Shown here piece by piece: positions 12,211 to 25,405 of a stretch of 64,000 nucleotides of DNA (positions within the stretch are counted from its first letter, which is position 1; each line of letters opens with the position of its first letter). Source of the DNA: Mustelus asterias (taxonomy: Eukaryota); NCBI RefSeq assembly GCF_964213995.1, contig NC_135812.1:98580001-98644000 (forward strand), read 5' to 3'. The position numbers and the translations under genes were made by a program. The notes beneath the pieces are model-generated. The model was not told the DNA's origin. It made no database searches and saw only the letters and a program-made list of their open reading frames with translations.

Positions 12211-12523
12211 CATAGAATCCCTACAGCACAGAAGGAGGCCATTCGGCCCATTGAGTCTGTACCGACCACAATCCCACCCAGGCCCTATTCCCGTAACCCC
12301 CACACATTACTCTGCTAATACCCCTGACACTAGGGTCAATTTAGCACGGCCAATCAACCTGACCCGCACATCTTTGGACTGTGGGAGGAAACCGGAGCAC
12401 CCGGAGGAAACCGACACAGACACGGGGGAAAAAGTGCCAACTCCACCCAAATAGTGACCCGAGACTGGAATTGAATCTGGGTCCCTGGCACTATGAGGCA
12501 GCTGTGCTAACCACCGTGCTGCC
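12211..12523 (-). mobile_element. HE1 SINE
   Basis: Head, core and tail on minus strand. Confidence 0.9.
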
Positions 12524-13262
12524 CAATTGCCAAGAGAAAGCCGACCTAATAATGAAGAATTGTTGAGTGATTCAGAAAAGGGTGAAAATGAAGTGCTAAA
12601 AATATGATCTAAAATGTGCACGATGAAAATGATGTTCTAGTAATTAATTTCCAATTACCGGAATATATAATGTGACTCAGTGGAGTGGGATTTATACTGG
12701 TGGCTGAATCCAACTGAATAAGCTGTTTGTGTCAAAGTTTTTAGGTAGCGAGTTATTGTTTTTGATAAATGAAAGGAGCTGCTATTATACCTGTCATTTA
12801 CAGGGCTTGACAATGTTCTAGCATTTAATTATGTTTCCTTTGTGTTAAAACTGTTTAAAGTTTTGGAAATAAATTTGACAGAGAAGTTCAGCTTGCAGGA
12901 TGCTGTCATTTTAACGCTCCTACACTTCCTTAACAAGCAGCAAAAAAAAACATTTCCAAGTTGCAAAAGAAATATCTGCGGATGCCGATTGTGCACAAAC
13001 CAAACCAGGAAGATCCTCAGACCATCACCGAATGTTACCAGTTGAAGGTCATGTACAAGGTGAACGGACCGACAATGGACTTTACCAGGTAGTCTCCTGA
13101 AATACTGTGTGGCTTGCCTGTCTGCGTGTGAGGTGGCGAGGGGGTTTTTTAAATTCATTCGTGGGATGTGGGCATCGTTGACTGGGCCAATGTTTGCTGC
13201 CCATCCCTAATTGCCCCTGTAATAAGTCTTCGGAGGCAGAAATCCCTTCATCAAAATCCCTT

Positions 13263-13635
13263 TAGAACAAAGAACAATACAGCACAGGAACAGGCCCTTC
13301 GGCCCTCCAAGCCCGCGCCGCTCCCCGGTCCAGGATTGAATCCTGAATCCAGGATCCCCGCCCAATTTTCCAGCCTATCTACATACTAATATCCTATCCA
13401 CCGAGCTGTCCCTCACAGCTACGATGCTTTGTTCATCACAACCTATTAGCTCTCCCCCACCCCCCATTCCAGACCATGTGATCTCCAGGGAGAGGCGAAA
13501 ACCCAGAGTGAAAACCCCAGGGCCAATATGGGGAAAAAAATCTGGGAAATTCCTCTCCGACCCCCTGAGGCGATCGAAACGAGTCCAGGAGATCACACTG
13601 GCCCTGATCGGAAAATGCTTCCCAACCCTATTCAT
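13263..13635 (-). mobile_element. CR1-type LINE 3' UTR fragment with long structured tail
   Basis: AGAACAAAGAACAATACAGCACAGGAACAGGCCC end shared with other CR1 tails in the window. Confidence 0.6.
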
Positions 13636-15548
13636 TTATTTACAATTCCAACAGCAGTGTACAGAGTGCTATCAGTCAGCAGTCTACCTTCAGGAGTGCC
13701 AGAGGAACTGACACTCCAGGTTAAATACAAGGAAAAGACTCCCTGATTGGTCCATCAATTGAATCCTTAATCAGGGAGTTTATATTCCATAGGTCAACCT
13801 CAATGGCCTGATTGAAGGCATTGCAGCCCCTCGAACTGTTTTCAGAGGATCTGGAATCTCTTGGCAGCCGGGCTGGGTGAGGACGGCAGATTCCCTTCCA
13901 CATTAGTGAACCAGATGGGTTTTTACAACAATCGACAATGGTTTTGATTCCACTTTTTTTTAAATTCAAATTTCACCATCTGCTGTGGTGGGATTTGTAC
14001 CGGAGACCTGGGGCATTACCCTGGGTTTTTGAATTATTAGCCCGTGGCAGTACCACCACATCAACCCCACCCCACCATATGTGTTGCAGATCACCCACTG
14101 AGCCTGAGTTGCTGTGGCAACATCCACTCTTCCATGCCTGTTGTGGTTTGGGGCTATGGATGGTGATGCTATGAGGCTCCAATGTCCTTCGCCTCAAGCA
14201 TGGCTGACCAGGAATCTCTCCCGCTCTTACCACCTGCCATTGGCGTGATTTTGGAAGGATAACGCAGGTTGGTACTCAACCCACTTTGGCTACATTATGA
14301 ACACACCTTCCTTGGCCCTCACTTCTTGGGGGGGTAGGGGACACTTCAACCTTAAGCTTCTGGCTTGGAGGCAGGGATACTACCCACTGTGCCACACGTA
14401 CGTCTATGAGTGTCATGCTATGTGTGTGTGTGCCTGCTTCACCTGATTTTATGGGTGTGGATGAGTGAGTGTCATTAGCTCAGCGTTTGGGACTGACACC
14501 CCGGCTATCCCGTCTATGTGAGGATGCGGTAGATTGCTGAGTTTTCATGTCTCCTCTATGTCAGGAGAAGTGGCCAGAGAGCTGCCGGGGCCTGGCCAGC
14601 TTTACCCACCCTCGTCCCCTGCCAATAGGACTAAGCCCAGCAGCAATCCCTCCTCCAACCAAATAGTTACTGAAACAAAAACAGAAAATGCCAGATAAAC
14701 TCAGCAGGTCCGACAGCATCTGTGGAGACAGAAACAGTTGCTGTTTCGAGTCCATGTGACCCTTCTACAGAACTGAAGAGGGATAGAAATGTGATTAATT
14801 ATATAGTTGGCGATGGAGGGATGGGGCAGAATGGAAAGTGGATACTTTGATTTGATTTATTATTGTCATGTGGATTGGTATACAGTGAAAAGTATTGTTT
14901 CTTGCACGCTATACAGACAAAGCATACCATTCACAGAGAAGGAAAGGAGAGAGTGCAGAATGTAGCGTTACAGTCATAGCTGATACAGTCATAGTGATAG
15001 GTCGGAGCTAAGGAGAGATTGACAAAGATGTCACGGACATGAGACAAAGGAACTATTGAAGATGCCATTGGGAACTGAAGAGTGCTAATAGCGGCAAAGC
15101 TCAGATAGCAGAATGTTAATCGGAGAACAGAGGTCAGTGCTCAGTGGGAGGAAAACTGACCAACAAGGGACAGTGCCACGCAGAGGAGGTGTGGGATTGT
15201 GTTCAGACAAGCCAGGGGAAATGAATAACAGAACAACAAAAAGGGGGTGTTGTTATATATTTAAGTGGATGCATGATTACTGTTAGAGCAGGTCACATGA
15301 TTTGATGGTGATGTCACTGGGGTGACTGCTCCTGCCTTAGATTCATTTTCTACTCTGTACCGGCAACACTACCTCCGATAAATCTGTTGTCGTTATTTTG
15401 AAACTAGCTGTGAAAACCACATCTTTTCTTCTTCTGGTTTAAAACCCACAACCCAGTTAAGACATCACAGGAGCCAAGAATGAGGGGAAAGTTCACAGGC
15501 TGTTGTTATTGCGCAGCCTGAATGGGAAAAGTGTGAGAAGATTAGGTG

Positions 15549-15815
15549 GATTGGCCATGCTAAATTGCCCCTTAGTATCCAAAGATGTGTAGGTTAGGGG
15601 GATTGGCCATGCTAAATTGCCCCTTAGTATCCAAAGATGTGTAGGTTAGGGGGATTGGCCATGCTAAATTGCCCCTTAGTATCCAAAGATGTGTAGGTTA
15701 GGGGGATTGGCCATGCTAAATTGCCCCTTAGTGTCCAAAGATGTGTAGGTTAGGGGGATTGGCCATGCTAAATTGCCCCTGAGTGTCCAAAGATGTGTAG
15801 GTTAGGGGGATTGGC
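15549..15815. repeat. Five tandem copies of a 52-bp internal HE1 SINE segment, continuing into an HE1 tail (to ~15938)
   Basis: GATTGGCCATGCTAAATTGCCCCTTAGTATCCAAAGATGTGTAGGTTAGGGG x5. Confidence 0.92.
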
Positions 15816-16744
15816 AGGGTAAATATGTGGGGTTATGTGGATAGGGCAGGGACTGGGCCCTGGGCCGGATGCTCTGCTGGAGAGTCAGTGCAGATTCAAT
15901 GGGCCAAATGGCTTCTTTCTGCACTGTATGATTCTATGAAGATTCACTGCATAAAGAAAACTAGAAGTGCACATAAAGCCAACAATTTATTGGATATTGC
16001 CTGGATATGGAACTCACCTTGAAGAGAAAGTTTCTTCCTCAGATCTTTCTTTGCTGCAGTTAAGGCACAAAGGCACCTATTTGGTGAAACAGTGTGAACA
16101 GAGAGCTAATCAAATGTGACCCGCATTAGCTTGTTCTCAATCAGGAGCCTAATCAAAATCACTCAACTAGAAATCAATGCAGTGTTGCGTGTCTTTTCCT
16201 TGCAATGAGTCAGTGTGTCTCAGGGGAGTCATTGTGCTGAACAGAAAGGCACTGTCATTTCCTCTCTGCATGTCAGATCCTTGGTTTTAAAATCAGTTCT
16301 CCCATCTCCCCATCTAACAAGACACAAAGGTCCAAGTCAGCTTCTGCAATTTCACTGACAAAGACACTCACAACATTTCTCAAATACTTTGGATTAAACT
16401 AATTTAAAATATCCTGCTTTAAAACCTTCATTAAAATATTGAACAAAGGAATATCGTACAAATGCGTTACCACCTCAGCACAATTCAATCTTTCAGTGTT
16501 CAGTCTTACCTCTGGGTATTACACAGCACTTCATCATTTTGATCACCCCCTCTATGCCCTGTTAAAGGTCATCTATTGCTATTAGTGATAAAGTGCCATT
16601 CCTGATACGATTGTCCCATATTGTTATTATGTTGTATACCACCGACCAATCCATCTTGTATCAATAAAATGGCTATTGAAAGAGTTTAAGGTTTCTATAC
16701 AGAAAGAAAAACCAGGAGAGCTGTCATTGGGAGCTGCTTAGGCT

Positions 16745-17280
16745 GTGTACAGTTCTGGTCCCCTACTATAGAAAGGATATTGTTAAACTAGAAAGAATGC
16801 AGCAAAGATTTACTAGGATGCTACCGGGACTTGATGGTTTGAGGTAAAGGAGAGGCTGGATAGACTGGGACTTTTTTCTCTGGAGCGTAGGAGGCTGAGG
16901 AGTGATCTTATAGAGGTCTATAAAATAATGAGGGGCACAGATCAGCTAGATAGTCAATATCTTTTCCCAAAGGTAGGGGAGTCTAAAACTCATAGGCATA
17001 GGTTTAAGGTAAGAAGAGAGAGATACAATAGTGTCCAGAGGGGCAATGTTTTCACACAGAGGGTGGTGAGTGTCTGGAACAAGCTGCCAGAGGTAGTAGT
17101 AGAGGCGGATACAATTTTGTCTTTAAAAAAACATTTAGACAGTTACATGGGTAAGATGGATAGAGGGATATGGGCCAAATGCGGGCAATTGGGATTAGCT
17201 TAGTGGTTAAAAAAAAGGGACAGCATGGACAAGTTGGGCCGAAGAGCCTGTTTCCATGCTGTAAACCTCTATGACTCTAT
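16745..17280 (+). mobile_element. CR1 LINE 3' fragment, (CTCTATGA) tail
   Basis: ORF 16928-17203 has LFPKVGESKT..HRFKV and QRVVSVWNKLP. Confidence 0.92.
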
Positions 17281-17663
17281 TTCTTCACACTTGGTTCAGA
17301 GCAATATTTGCGAATCCTGAAACTCGGTTCTCTGCCTGCCTCCATCTTGATCATTCACATATTACTCCGGATGAATTAAGGTGATAATTCACACACACAA
17401 TACAGAAACCAGATCAACCTGAGCAGAGGTGTCACTATCCAGCTGCTACCGCTTTGTTTTGATGATCTGGTTCCTCATTCTAAACTTTATTCATTGGTTT
17501 TAACAATGAGAGAAAGAATGCACCCATTAACCCCAAAGCGGTGGGATGACGTGAATGTCGAAGTTAATCAGTGAGATGTCTCAATAATTTTACTGCTAAT
17601 AATATTTCCTAATTGTGCATTTGGATGTTTATGTCTATAATCAGAGCTGGTTGGATTCATTCA

Positions 17664-17835
17664 CAGTAAGAAGTCTCACAACACCAGGTTAAAGTCCAAC
17701 AGGTTTATTTGGTAGCAAATACCATATGGTATTACATATGGTATTTGCTACCAAATAAACCTGTTGGACTTTAACCTGGTGTTGTGAGACTTCTTACTGT
17801 GCTTACCCCAGTCCAACGCCGGCATCTCCACATCA
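17664..17835. mobile_element. Short PLE fold-back insertion lacking the ribozyme core
   Basis: Inverted arms; TSD TGGATTCATTCA at 17652-17663 and 17836-17847. Confidence 0.85.
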
Positions 17836-18449
17836 TGGATTCATTCAGACAGTTTATGTCCCAGAACGGACATTATGCACGTTTGTCTTGTGCTCTGGAA
17901 CTCAATCAGTGATTGAGTATCACTGGGCTCTTCACCCTTCACACCTCGGTTTCTGTTATGTCTGTGTCTGAAAGACGTGCTGGTTAGGTGCATTGGCCAC
18001 GCTAAATTCTCCCTCAGTCAGTGTACCCGAGCAAGCGCCAGAGTGTGGCAACTAGGGGGTTTTCACAGTAACTTCATTGCAGTGTTAATGTAAGCCTACT
18101 TGTGACACGAATAAATAAACTTTAAACTTCAAGTGGTTCATCTTCTGCAGCAAACTGTTGGTGTTTTGGGGCTGCTGCTGCTCTCTCTCTTCAGTAAGAT
18201 GATGAAAACGTGGATATGAGAAAAGACACGGCAGTGGAAAATATTAGTGGACAATTCATCATTGCTTCTCCGAGAATCTCACCTGACCCAAAGTGATTTC
18301 ACAAATATTTTTTGAGAGTTTGCGAAAAGACCTTTTGCAGTATCACAACGCTCTGAGACAATTGAAAAGGGTACATAGCACTTAACTTCAGGTCAAGCTT
18401 TCCAGGTATCTGATTCTCCAACAGGGGGCAGCAATGAGATGCACAGTAG

Positions 18450-19160
18450 GGGGAGATGGTGGTGCAGTGGCATTGTCCAGGCCCAGTAATCCAGAGGCCC
18501 GGGCTAATGCTCTCAGAATACAGGTTCAAATCCCACCACAGCAGCTGGTAGAATTTAAATTCAATTAATAAGATATGGAATTGAAAGCAAATCTCACTGA
18601 TGGTGACTATGAAACTATCATCGATTGTCATAAAAACCCATTTGGTTCACTAATGCCCTTTAGGGAAGGAAATCTGCTATCCTTAGCAGGTCTGGCCTAT
18701 GTGTGACTCCAGGGCCACACCAATGTGGTTGACTCTTAACTGCCTTCTGGAATGGCCTAGCAAGCTATTCAATTCAAGAGGAAATTAGGGATGGGCAGCA
18801 AATGCTGGCCTTGCCAAAGAATAATTTTAGGGAGGCAGTGGCCTACTTGTACTGTCATTGGACTAGTAATCCAGAAATCCAGGGTGCTGCTCTGAGGACT
18901 GGGTTCAAATTCCACTGGTAAGATTTGAATTCAATTTTTTTTCAAATCTGGGATTAAAAGTCTACAGATGACCATGAAACCACTGTCGATTGTTGCAAAA
19001 ATCCATCTGGTTCACTAATGTTCTTTCGGGAAGGAAATCTGCCATCCTTACCTGGTCTGGCCTACATGGGACTCCAGATCCAAAGCAATATGATTGATTC
19101 TTAACTGACTCTCAAGGGCAATTAGGGATGGGCAACAGCGATACCCACGTCCCACAAAAA
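18450..19160 (+). mobile_element. Two tandem SacSINE1-like SINEs
   Basis: Two tRNA-like heads with GGTTCAAAT B-box and Deu-like core. Confidence 0.75.
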
Positions 19161-19782
19161 AATTAAAAACTAATCCTATCAGGTGGGTTACTGCCAAAGA
19201 GTCAGCTACTGGGGAACGGTGAAGAACAGAATGATGGGCTTAGGTATGATGGACTGTGATATCAGTTCAAATAGACATGAAGGGGGACAGTCTCTCATTG
19301 ACATTGGTGGTAACAGTGACTACTGTCAACTGACCTTTATGCACAGGGTCTATCTCAACACTGCCGAGAGATACTTGGAGAAAGCTTCAACTTGATCTGG
19401 TGCTCACTTCTGAAGTTTATATGAATGGGTACATGATGAAGCAGAGTTTTAGTTAACTCCTTAATGGAATTGTGGATGTCAAAATGGCTGACTCTTGAGA
19501 TGTCCCCTGTCGACGCCAGAATGGACGCGACAGGACAGTTGAACCGTGATATTCACCGATAGTGTACGGAGGGTGAAAACCTTTCTTTGTAGTTCTGGAC
19601 TAAATGACGCACTTCAGTGAGACCTCCCCAGTGCCCAGGTAGTGCCTCCAATGCTGTTGCACACTCAGCCTATATTCTCCCCATCCTCCTGGGAATGCTT
19701 GCTGTGTCAGTGCCCTGGGAATGAAAACCCCCACCCTTCGCACAATGAACTTACAGACTGGTTGTGTGTTCAGAGCTCAATT

Positions 19783-19788
19783 TTTATT
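19783..19788 (-). promoter_or_regulatory. Candidate AATAAA poly(A) signal of TMEM235
   Basis: TTTATT on +, ~235 nt downstream of the stop codon. Confidence 0.35.
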
Positions 19789-20022
19789 CACCTCTCTTCC
19801 TGCCATTTAATTCTGTGTAAACATCTTGTAATTGGTCTTAAACAAGGCCTCTAGTTTTTCATTAAACATAACACCCAGAGACAAATATATCCCAAACGAG
19901 CAGACAGGCTTCACAGCTATCAGCGCTGGTTACAACACATCTCCCGGATTTAGCTTATTACAAAACTAGGCACAATACTAGACAATAACAGACTGCAACA
20001 TAGCTACACATGAACAGAGTGC

Positions 20023-20255
20023 TCATATTGTGGATGACTGTTCTAGATGCTGCGCAGCAGCAAGCTTGGCAGCCAGAAGGAATAAAGCCCCAGCAATGAC
20101 CTCTGACACACAAGAAAGGCAGGCCAAGCCCAAGGACCAACTGAAACCAATGTGAACGTCGTCAAACAACTTGTGTCCATACAAACGCATTGCAATGGCG
20201 AAGGCTGCTTTCGAATAAGCGATGTACACACAGATCCCAGCCAGGGTCAGTGCAC
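20023..20255 (-). CDS. TMEM235: Transmembrane protein 235 (PMP22/claudin family), last coding exon
   Basis: GALTLAGICVYIAYS...FDDVHIGFSWSLGLACLSCVSEVIAGALFLLAA...*; acceptor tttcag immediately upstream; TGA at 20025-20023. Confidence 0.9.
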
Positions 20256-20427
20256 CTGAAACACAGAGAACAAGTGATGTTAGAACCTCAATATATATAT
20301 CCACACCATTTCTATTTCTGTGTTTGTCACTCAAAAGGAGGTACCTGAGCACAAAATAAATTCACAAACTAGGGAAAGGAAAATTTTCCATCTCAGTGTC
20401 ATAGGAGCCAGGCTGAGCACAGTTCAT

Positions 20428-20990
20428 CAGATATAGGAACAGAATTAGGCCATTCGGCCCATCGAGTCTACTCCGCCATTCGATCATGGCTGATATCCTC
20501 CTCATTCCCATTTTCCTGCCTTCTCCCCATAACCAATTAAAAATCTGTAACTCCTCCTTAAATTTACTCACTGTCCCAGCATCCACCGCACTTTGGGGTA
20601 GTGAATTTCACAGATTCACAACCCTTCGGGGAAAGTAGTTTCTCCTCAGCTCTGTTTTCAATTTGCTACCCCTTATCCGAAGACCTCTCGGCCTAGAATG
20701 CCCCACAAGTGGAAGCATCCGCTCCACGGCTACTTTATCCATACCTTTTATCATCTTGTATACCTCAATTTGATCTCCCCTCATTCTTCTAAATTCCAGA
20801 GAGTATAGGCCTAAACTGTTCAATCGCTCTTCATACAACAAACCCTTCATTTCTGGAATCAATCCAGTGAACCTCCTCTGAACTGCCTCCGATGCCGCTA
20901 CATCTTTAGGGAAAAGGTACTCAGCAAACTATTGGGATTGAGGGCAGATAAGTCCCCCAGGCCTGATGGCCTACATTCTAGGGTATTAAA
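20428..20990 (-). mobile_element. CR1 LINE 3' fragment
   Basis: Minus ORF with YEERLNSLGLYSLEFRRMRGD.IEVYKM. Confidence 0.9.
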
Positions 20991-21591
20991 TACAAAAGAA
21001 GAACTCTTTATCATTTCTATGTACACCTGCGCTCAAATGGTCCTGCCCACGCAGTTAATGCCAGCTCCCCTTAGCAGCATCACTCAGGATACACCACAAA
21101 TGCTGGAGCTGTATTTTTATTCGTCACAGATGAACTGCTGGCTGGCTGCAGTGAGCCAGACACTTTCTCAGCGCAGACGTGGAGGAGAAAAGGAGCAGGC
21201 AGAGTGAGGGGTTGGGTATAATAGGGAACGAAGCTCAGAGGTACTGAGGGGCAGAGGATGACTGGATTTATTTCAGCAGTTAATGGCTCTACCCCCTTTT
21301 AGCATTAAATCAAACAAGTTCAGGAGCTCCGGCCATATTATTATGAGGTGAGTGAATAAATAAAATGCAAGTCAACAGTCGAATGAGGCCCTCTCCTAAC
21401 CTGTGTGCTGGCTTCACGTATGTTGGGTGCATTGTGCTCCATGGGTGTCTTGGAGGGTTTGAGTTACAGTTCCCAAATCTGTTCGTGTGACTGCCATCCT
21501 ATCAGTTTCTTTATTTGCTCAGAATAATTAAAAGCTCAACTAGAATATTTTGGGGTGAAAAACTCTGTGTAAAGTCTTCAGTGATTTTAAC

Positions 21592-21909
21592 CGGTGGCAC
21601 AGTGGTTAGCACTGCTGCCTCACAGCGCCAGGGACCCGGGTTCGATTCCCGGCTTGGGTCGTTGTCTGTGTGGAGTCTGCACATTCTCCCCGTGTCTGCG
21701 TGGGATTCCTCCAGGTGCTCCAGTTTCCTCCCACAGTCCGAAAGATGTGCGTGTTAGGGTGGATTGGCCATGCTAAATTGCCCCTTAGTGTCAGGGGCAC
21801 TAGTTAGGGTAAATACATGGGGTTATGAGAATAGGGCCTGGGCGGGATTGTGGTCGGTGCAGACTCGATGGGCCAGATAGTCGCCTTCTGCACTGTAGGA
21901 TTCTATGAT
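21592..21909 (+). mobile_element. HE1 SINE
   Basis: Full-length head, core and tail ending TTCTATGA. Confidence 0.92.
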
Positions 21910-23364
21910 TAAACGTTAATAAATGATAAACGCAGTGAAGGGACCATCACTCTCACTTTCTAATCAATGTAAAATATTTTTAAGTTCGCGTTAATTCCAA
22001 GGGTAAGTGTGTCATCGAGGAGGTAACCGAGCAGACTAAAGCCTTCTGGTCTGAGATATGCAGGAGATTATCTCACAAATTAGCAAAGATTATGAAGTAA
22101 CTTCAATTTAAATAACTTAAGATCATGTCGCTTCCCATCAGTCACACAATTAGTCCAGTAATCTCAGTTTCTCTTCTAATTGCCTCTGTGCTTTTATTAC
22201 ACAACAATTTAATCTCAGCCTATTTCACGTTGATTTAATTAGCCTTTCTCCTGGTTAGCATCTGTACTGATTTATCAACCTCATTTTTTCAGCTGTCCTT
22301 TTTACGTGTCAATTATTGCCCATTTATCCTCATTAACCAAACTTGCCGTCCTTCCGAACTATTTAAATTATGTCGAGTTTACACTGAGGTAACCTTCCTC
22401 TACACAGACCTTGAAGAAATTCTGTGCATGTTTCTAAAGATTAACAATGACATTTCCATCTTACATCCTTAAAAAAGACTCTGATGTTTCAGGCTATTGT
22501 GTGGTAAATAATGGGCAGTTTTGTGCTGTGGATCTGCACCAAATACTAAATGTGTTAACTGGGCGGGCATGTTGCATATAGAGGCTTGAAATACCCTACC
22601 GATTGCCTCCTTTGGCCTTCCCCAGTGGGCCAATTATCATGGCCACTGCCAGGCCTTCCATAAGATCAGGATCTCAGGGTGGCAGGTCCCACCTGCTGAG
22701 CACTGCCGGTCAACCCTTTGCTCAGCATCACCAACAGGAGGCAGTGGCTGCTGCAGGAACTATACCCACTGGAAGCCCAGGATCGTAAAGAGATCCAGGA
22801 CAGAGGTAAGTAATGGTGGGAGCAGGCCTAGGAGAGGAGAGGAAAGGAGACGGGGGCACCCAAGGTGCCAAACAAGGCCCTTGCCCAAGCAAATACTTTC
22901 TGTACCATACGATGATGAAAATGCCGAAAAACATTATTTAGGCATTAAGTTTGAGTGTTATTGACTCTTCAAGTGATGTTTTATATGAGCTGGGGCCTCC
23001 TGTTACCTAGCAGCAAGAAAAGGGAAGTATTCTGGGGGATGGAAATCTGGACTGGATTTCTAAATGCACTCTGAATTGCAGCATTGTGGTGGTACATTCA
23101 GGTGAAGCGGGAGACAGGGGGCTGAATTCATCTCCCGACAGTAATGCTTGCCAAGGCGGGGGGCACACGGAGTCATCCAACACACCCACCATATGATTTA
23201 CAATAGGTATTTGGACCCTGTATTGTATATGCTTCCAGATGCAAAATCCATAAATCACATTACAGGACTGCAATTATGCTCCGCTCTGAAATAACTTTGT
23301 CCTCAGTCAGTTACAAAACTTTTTTTGTGCCTTTCCACTCCCCACACTGGTCGATGGTTTCACA

Positions 23365-23688
23365 GATAGACTCCCTACAGTGCAGAAGGAGGCCATTCGG
23401 CTCATCGAGTCGGCACCAACCACAATCCCACCCAGATCCCATTCCTGTAACGCCACATATTTACCCTGCTAATAAATGCCCTGACACAAAGGGGCAATTT
23501 ACCATGGCCAATCAACCTAACCCGCACATCTTTGAAGCGTGGGAGGAAACCGGAGCACCCAGAGAAACCCAGGCGGACACGGGGAGAAGGTGCAAACTCC
23601 ACACAGACAGTGACCCGAGACCAAAATTGAACCCAGGTCCCTGGCGCTATGAGGCAGCAGTGCTAACCACTGTGCCACCGCGCTGCCC
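23365..23688 (-). mobile_element. HE1 SINE
   Basis: Full-length on minus strand. Confidence 0.92.
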
Positions 23689-24444
23689 CAAATGGTTTAT
23701 GTTTTATTAGTATTCCTATCTTGGGTGGCATTGGGATGGGAGAGATTCAGAAATCTGCTGGAAATTCTGATTTTATGCCTTGCTCTAACTTCTGCAAGTG
23801 CCACAAATGGGCAAGTGAACTTTCCACTGAGGCAGACACCAATGTGTAACAAAAGCACAAAAATCTGGCAGGACAATGGTCTGGGTGGTTTTGCAGTTTA
23901 AAGTTAAAGCATTAGGCTTTTGAATAACTTTTCTTTGTTCCTCTCACCTACGCACTCCCCCCAACCCGACACTAAGTTGACATTTTGCTTTAATGAGTTT
24001 TGTGCTATCTATTTATTTTACCTTGCACTTCCATTATTAATTTGTGAAATGCCATCTTATGAAAATCAACATTAGGAAGTAGGACTTGTCAGCTAGCTCA
24101 GTAGCTGAGTGCTTCAGCTCAGGAAAACCCCAGGTTCAATCCCCAAGGGCTATTGGCAACAAGTGTGCTGCTGCAATTGTCATTAAGTCATGTTTAGGGA
24201 GGAAGCTATCAGCAAGACTTCACTTTGGAAATTAGGCATTGGCAGATTATTCTACAAGGAATAATGAGAAAATAGCAATGGAGACATTTTCCAGCTCTGC
24301 CTGGCTGCTGATAGGTCGAGTCACAAACAATTTGCAGCTAATGAACAAAAAAAAATGCCTTCCTGCAATTTTGGAGTGTCAATTTGTTTAAGAATTATCA
24401 CGAGCTCTCTGTGAGGTCTTGCAGGTGGTGGTGTTTCTAAAGCT

Positions 24445-24825
24445 TAAAGTTTATTTATTAGTGTCACAAGTGGGCTTACGTTAACACTACAATGAAGTTA
24501 CTGTGAAAATCCCCTAGTCGCCACACTCCAGCGCCTGTTCGGGTCAATGCACCTAACCAGCACGTCTTTCAGAATGTGGGAGGAAACTGGAGCACCCGGA
24601 GGAAACCCACGCAGACACAGGGAGAAGTAGGCTTACATTAATACTGCAATGAAGTTGCTGTGAAAATCGCCCCGTCGCCACACTCCGGTGCCTGTCTGGG
24701 TACACTGAGGGAGAATTTAGCATGACCAATGCACCTAACCTGCACATCTTTCAGACTGTGGGAGGAAACCAGAGCACCCAGAGGAATTCCACGCAGACAT
24801 GGGGAGAACGTGTAGACTCCGCACA
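24445..24825 (-). mobile_element. Two truncated V-SINEs with alternative tail
   Basis: Repeated reverse complement of GTAACTTCATTGCAGTGTTAATGTAAGCC tail and core. Confidence 0.8.
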
Positions 24826-25405
24826 GCCAGTGCATGTGTTCCAATGTATCTGCTATCCTTTGCGCTCGAGGAGCCCATGGGTTTGGAATGTGCAGGTGAA
24901 GGAGGTTTGTTGCTAACTACCTGCCTTGACCCTTAGCAGAAGATTCCAGTCACCTACAACATTAAGAATGCCTGGATGGAGGCGGCCAATGAAGTAAATG
25001 TAATCTCAAGTGTTTGAGCAGTCACAAGGGCAGATTGCCACCAGGCTGTTGATTGCCCCTTCTTTGTAAAACGTTTTCCCCCATTGACACGGGACCCCCA
25101 CTCTGGGAGAAGGGGGCTTGTGCAGAGGAGCTTCCCCAAACTCCCGGGGCTGGGACAGGGTGGGTTTTCCCCGGGATGCCCAGGATGACTCTGATGCAGT
25201 TGGCAGTCCTATTCTGCTCCCTTGGTGACCTCTTGCAGCTGAGGAACTTGGGAGCAGCAAATATTTGCGGAGTCCATTGTCCCACTCATTGCTCATCAGC
25301 GTCAGGCTAATGGAGACCAGCACAAGTTCCAGCTATGTCACTGCTATTTTTTTTAGTTCTGTTGGGAGTTTTCTTTAGAAAAATGTTTTGATGCTGTTGT
25401 GGCAG

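Noticed and set aside
13560-13585. CTGAGGCGATCGAAAC as a possible hammerhead
   Set aside because: Lacks the CUGANGA core and a stem II; lies in a CR1-type 3' UTR.
15248-15467. Possible solo LTR (TG…CA); similar LTR-like stretches at ~28960-29690, ~30170-30900 and ~58250-59000
   Set aside because: No TSD, PBS/PPT or paired LTR could be confirmed.
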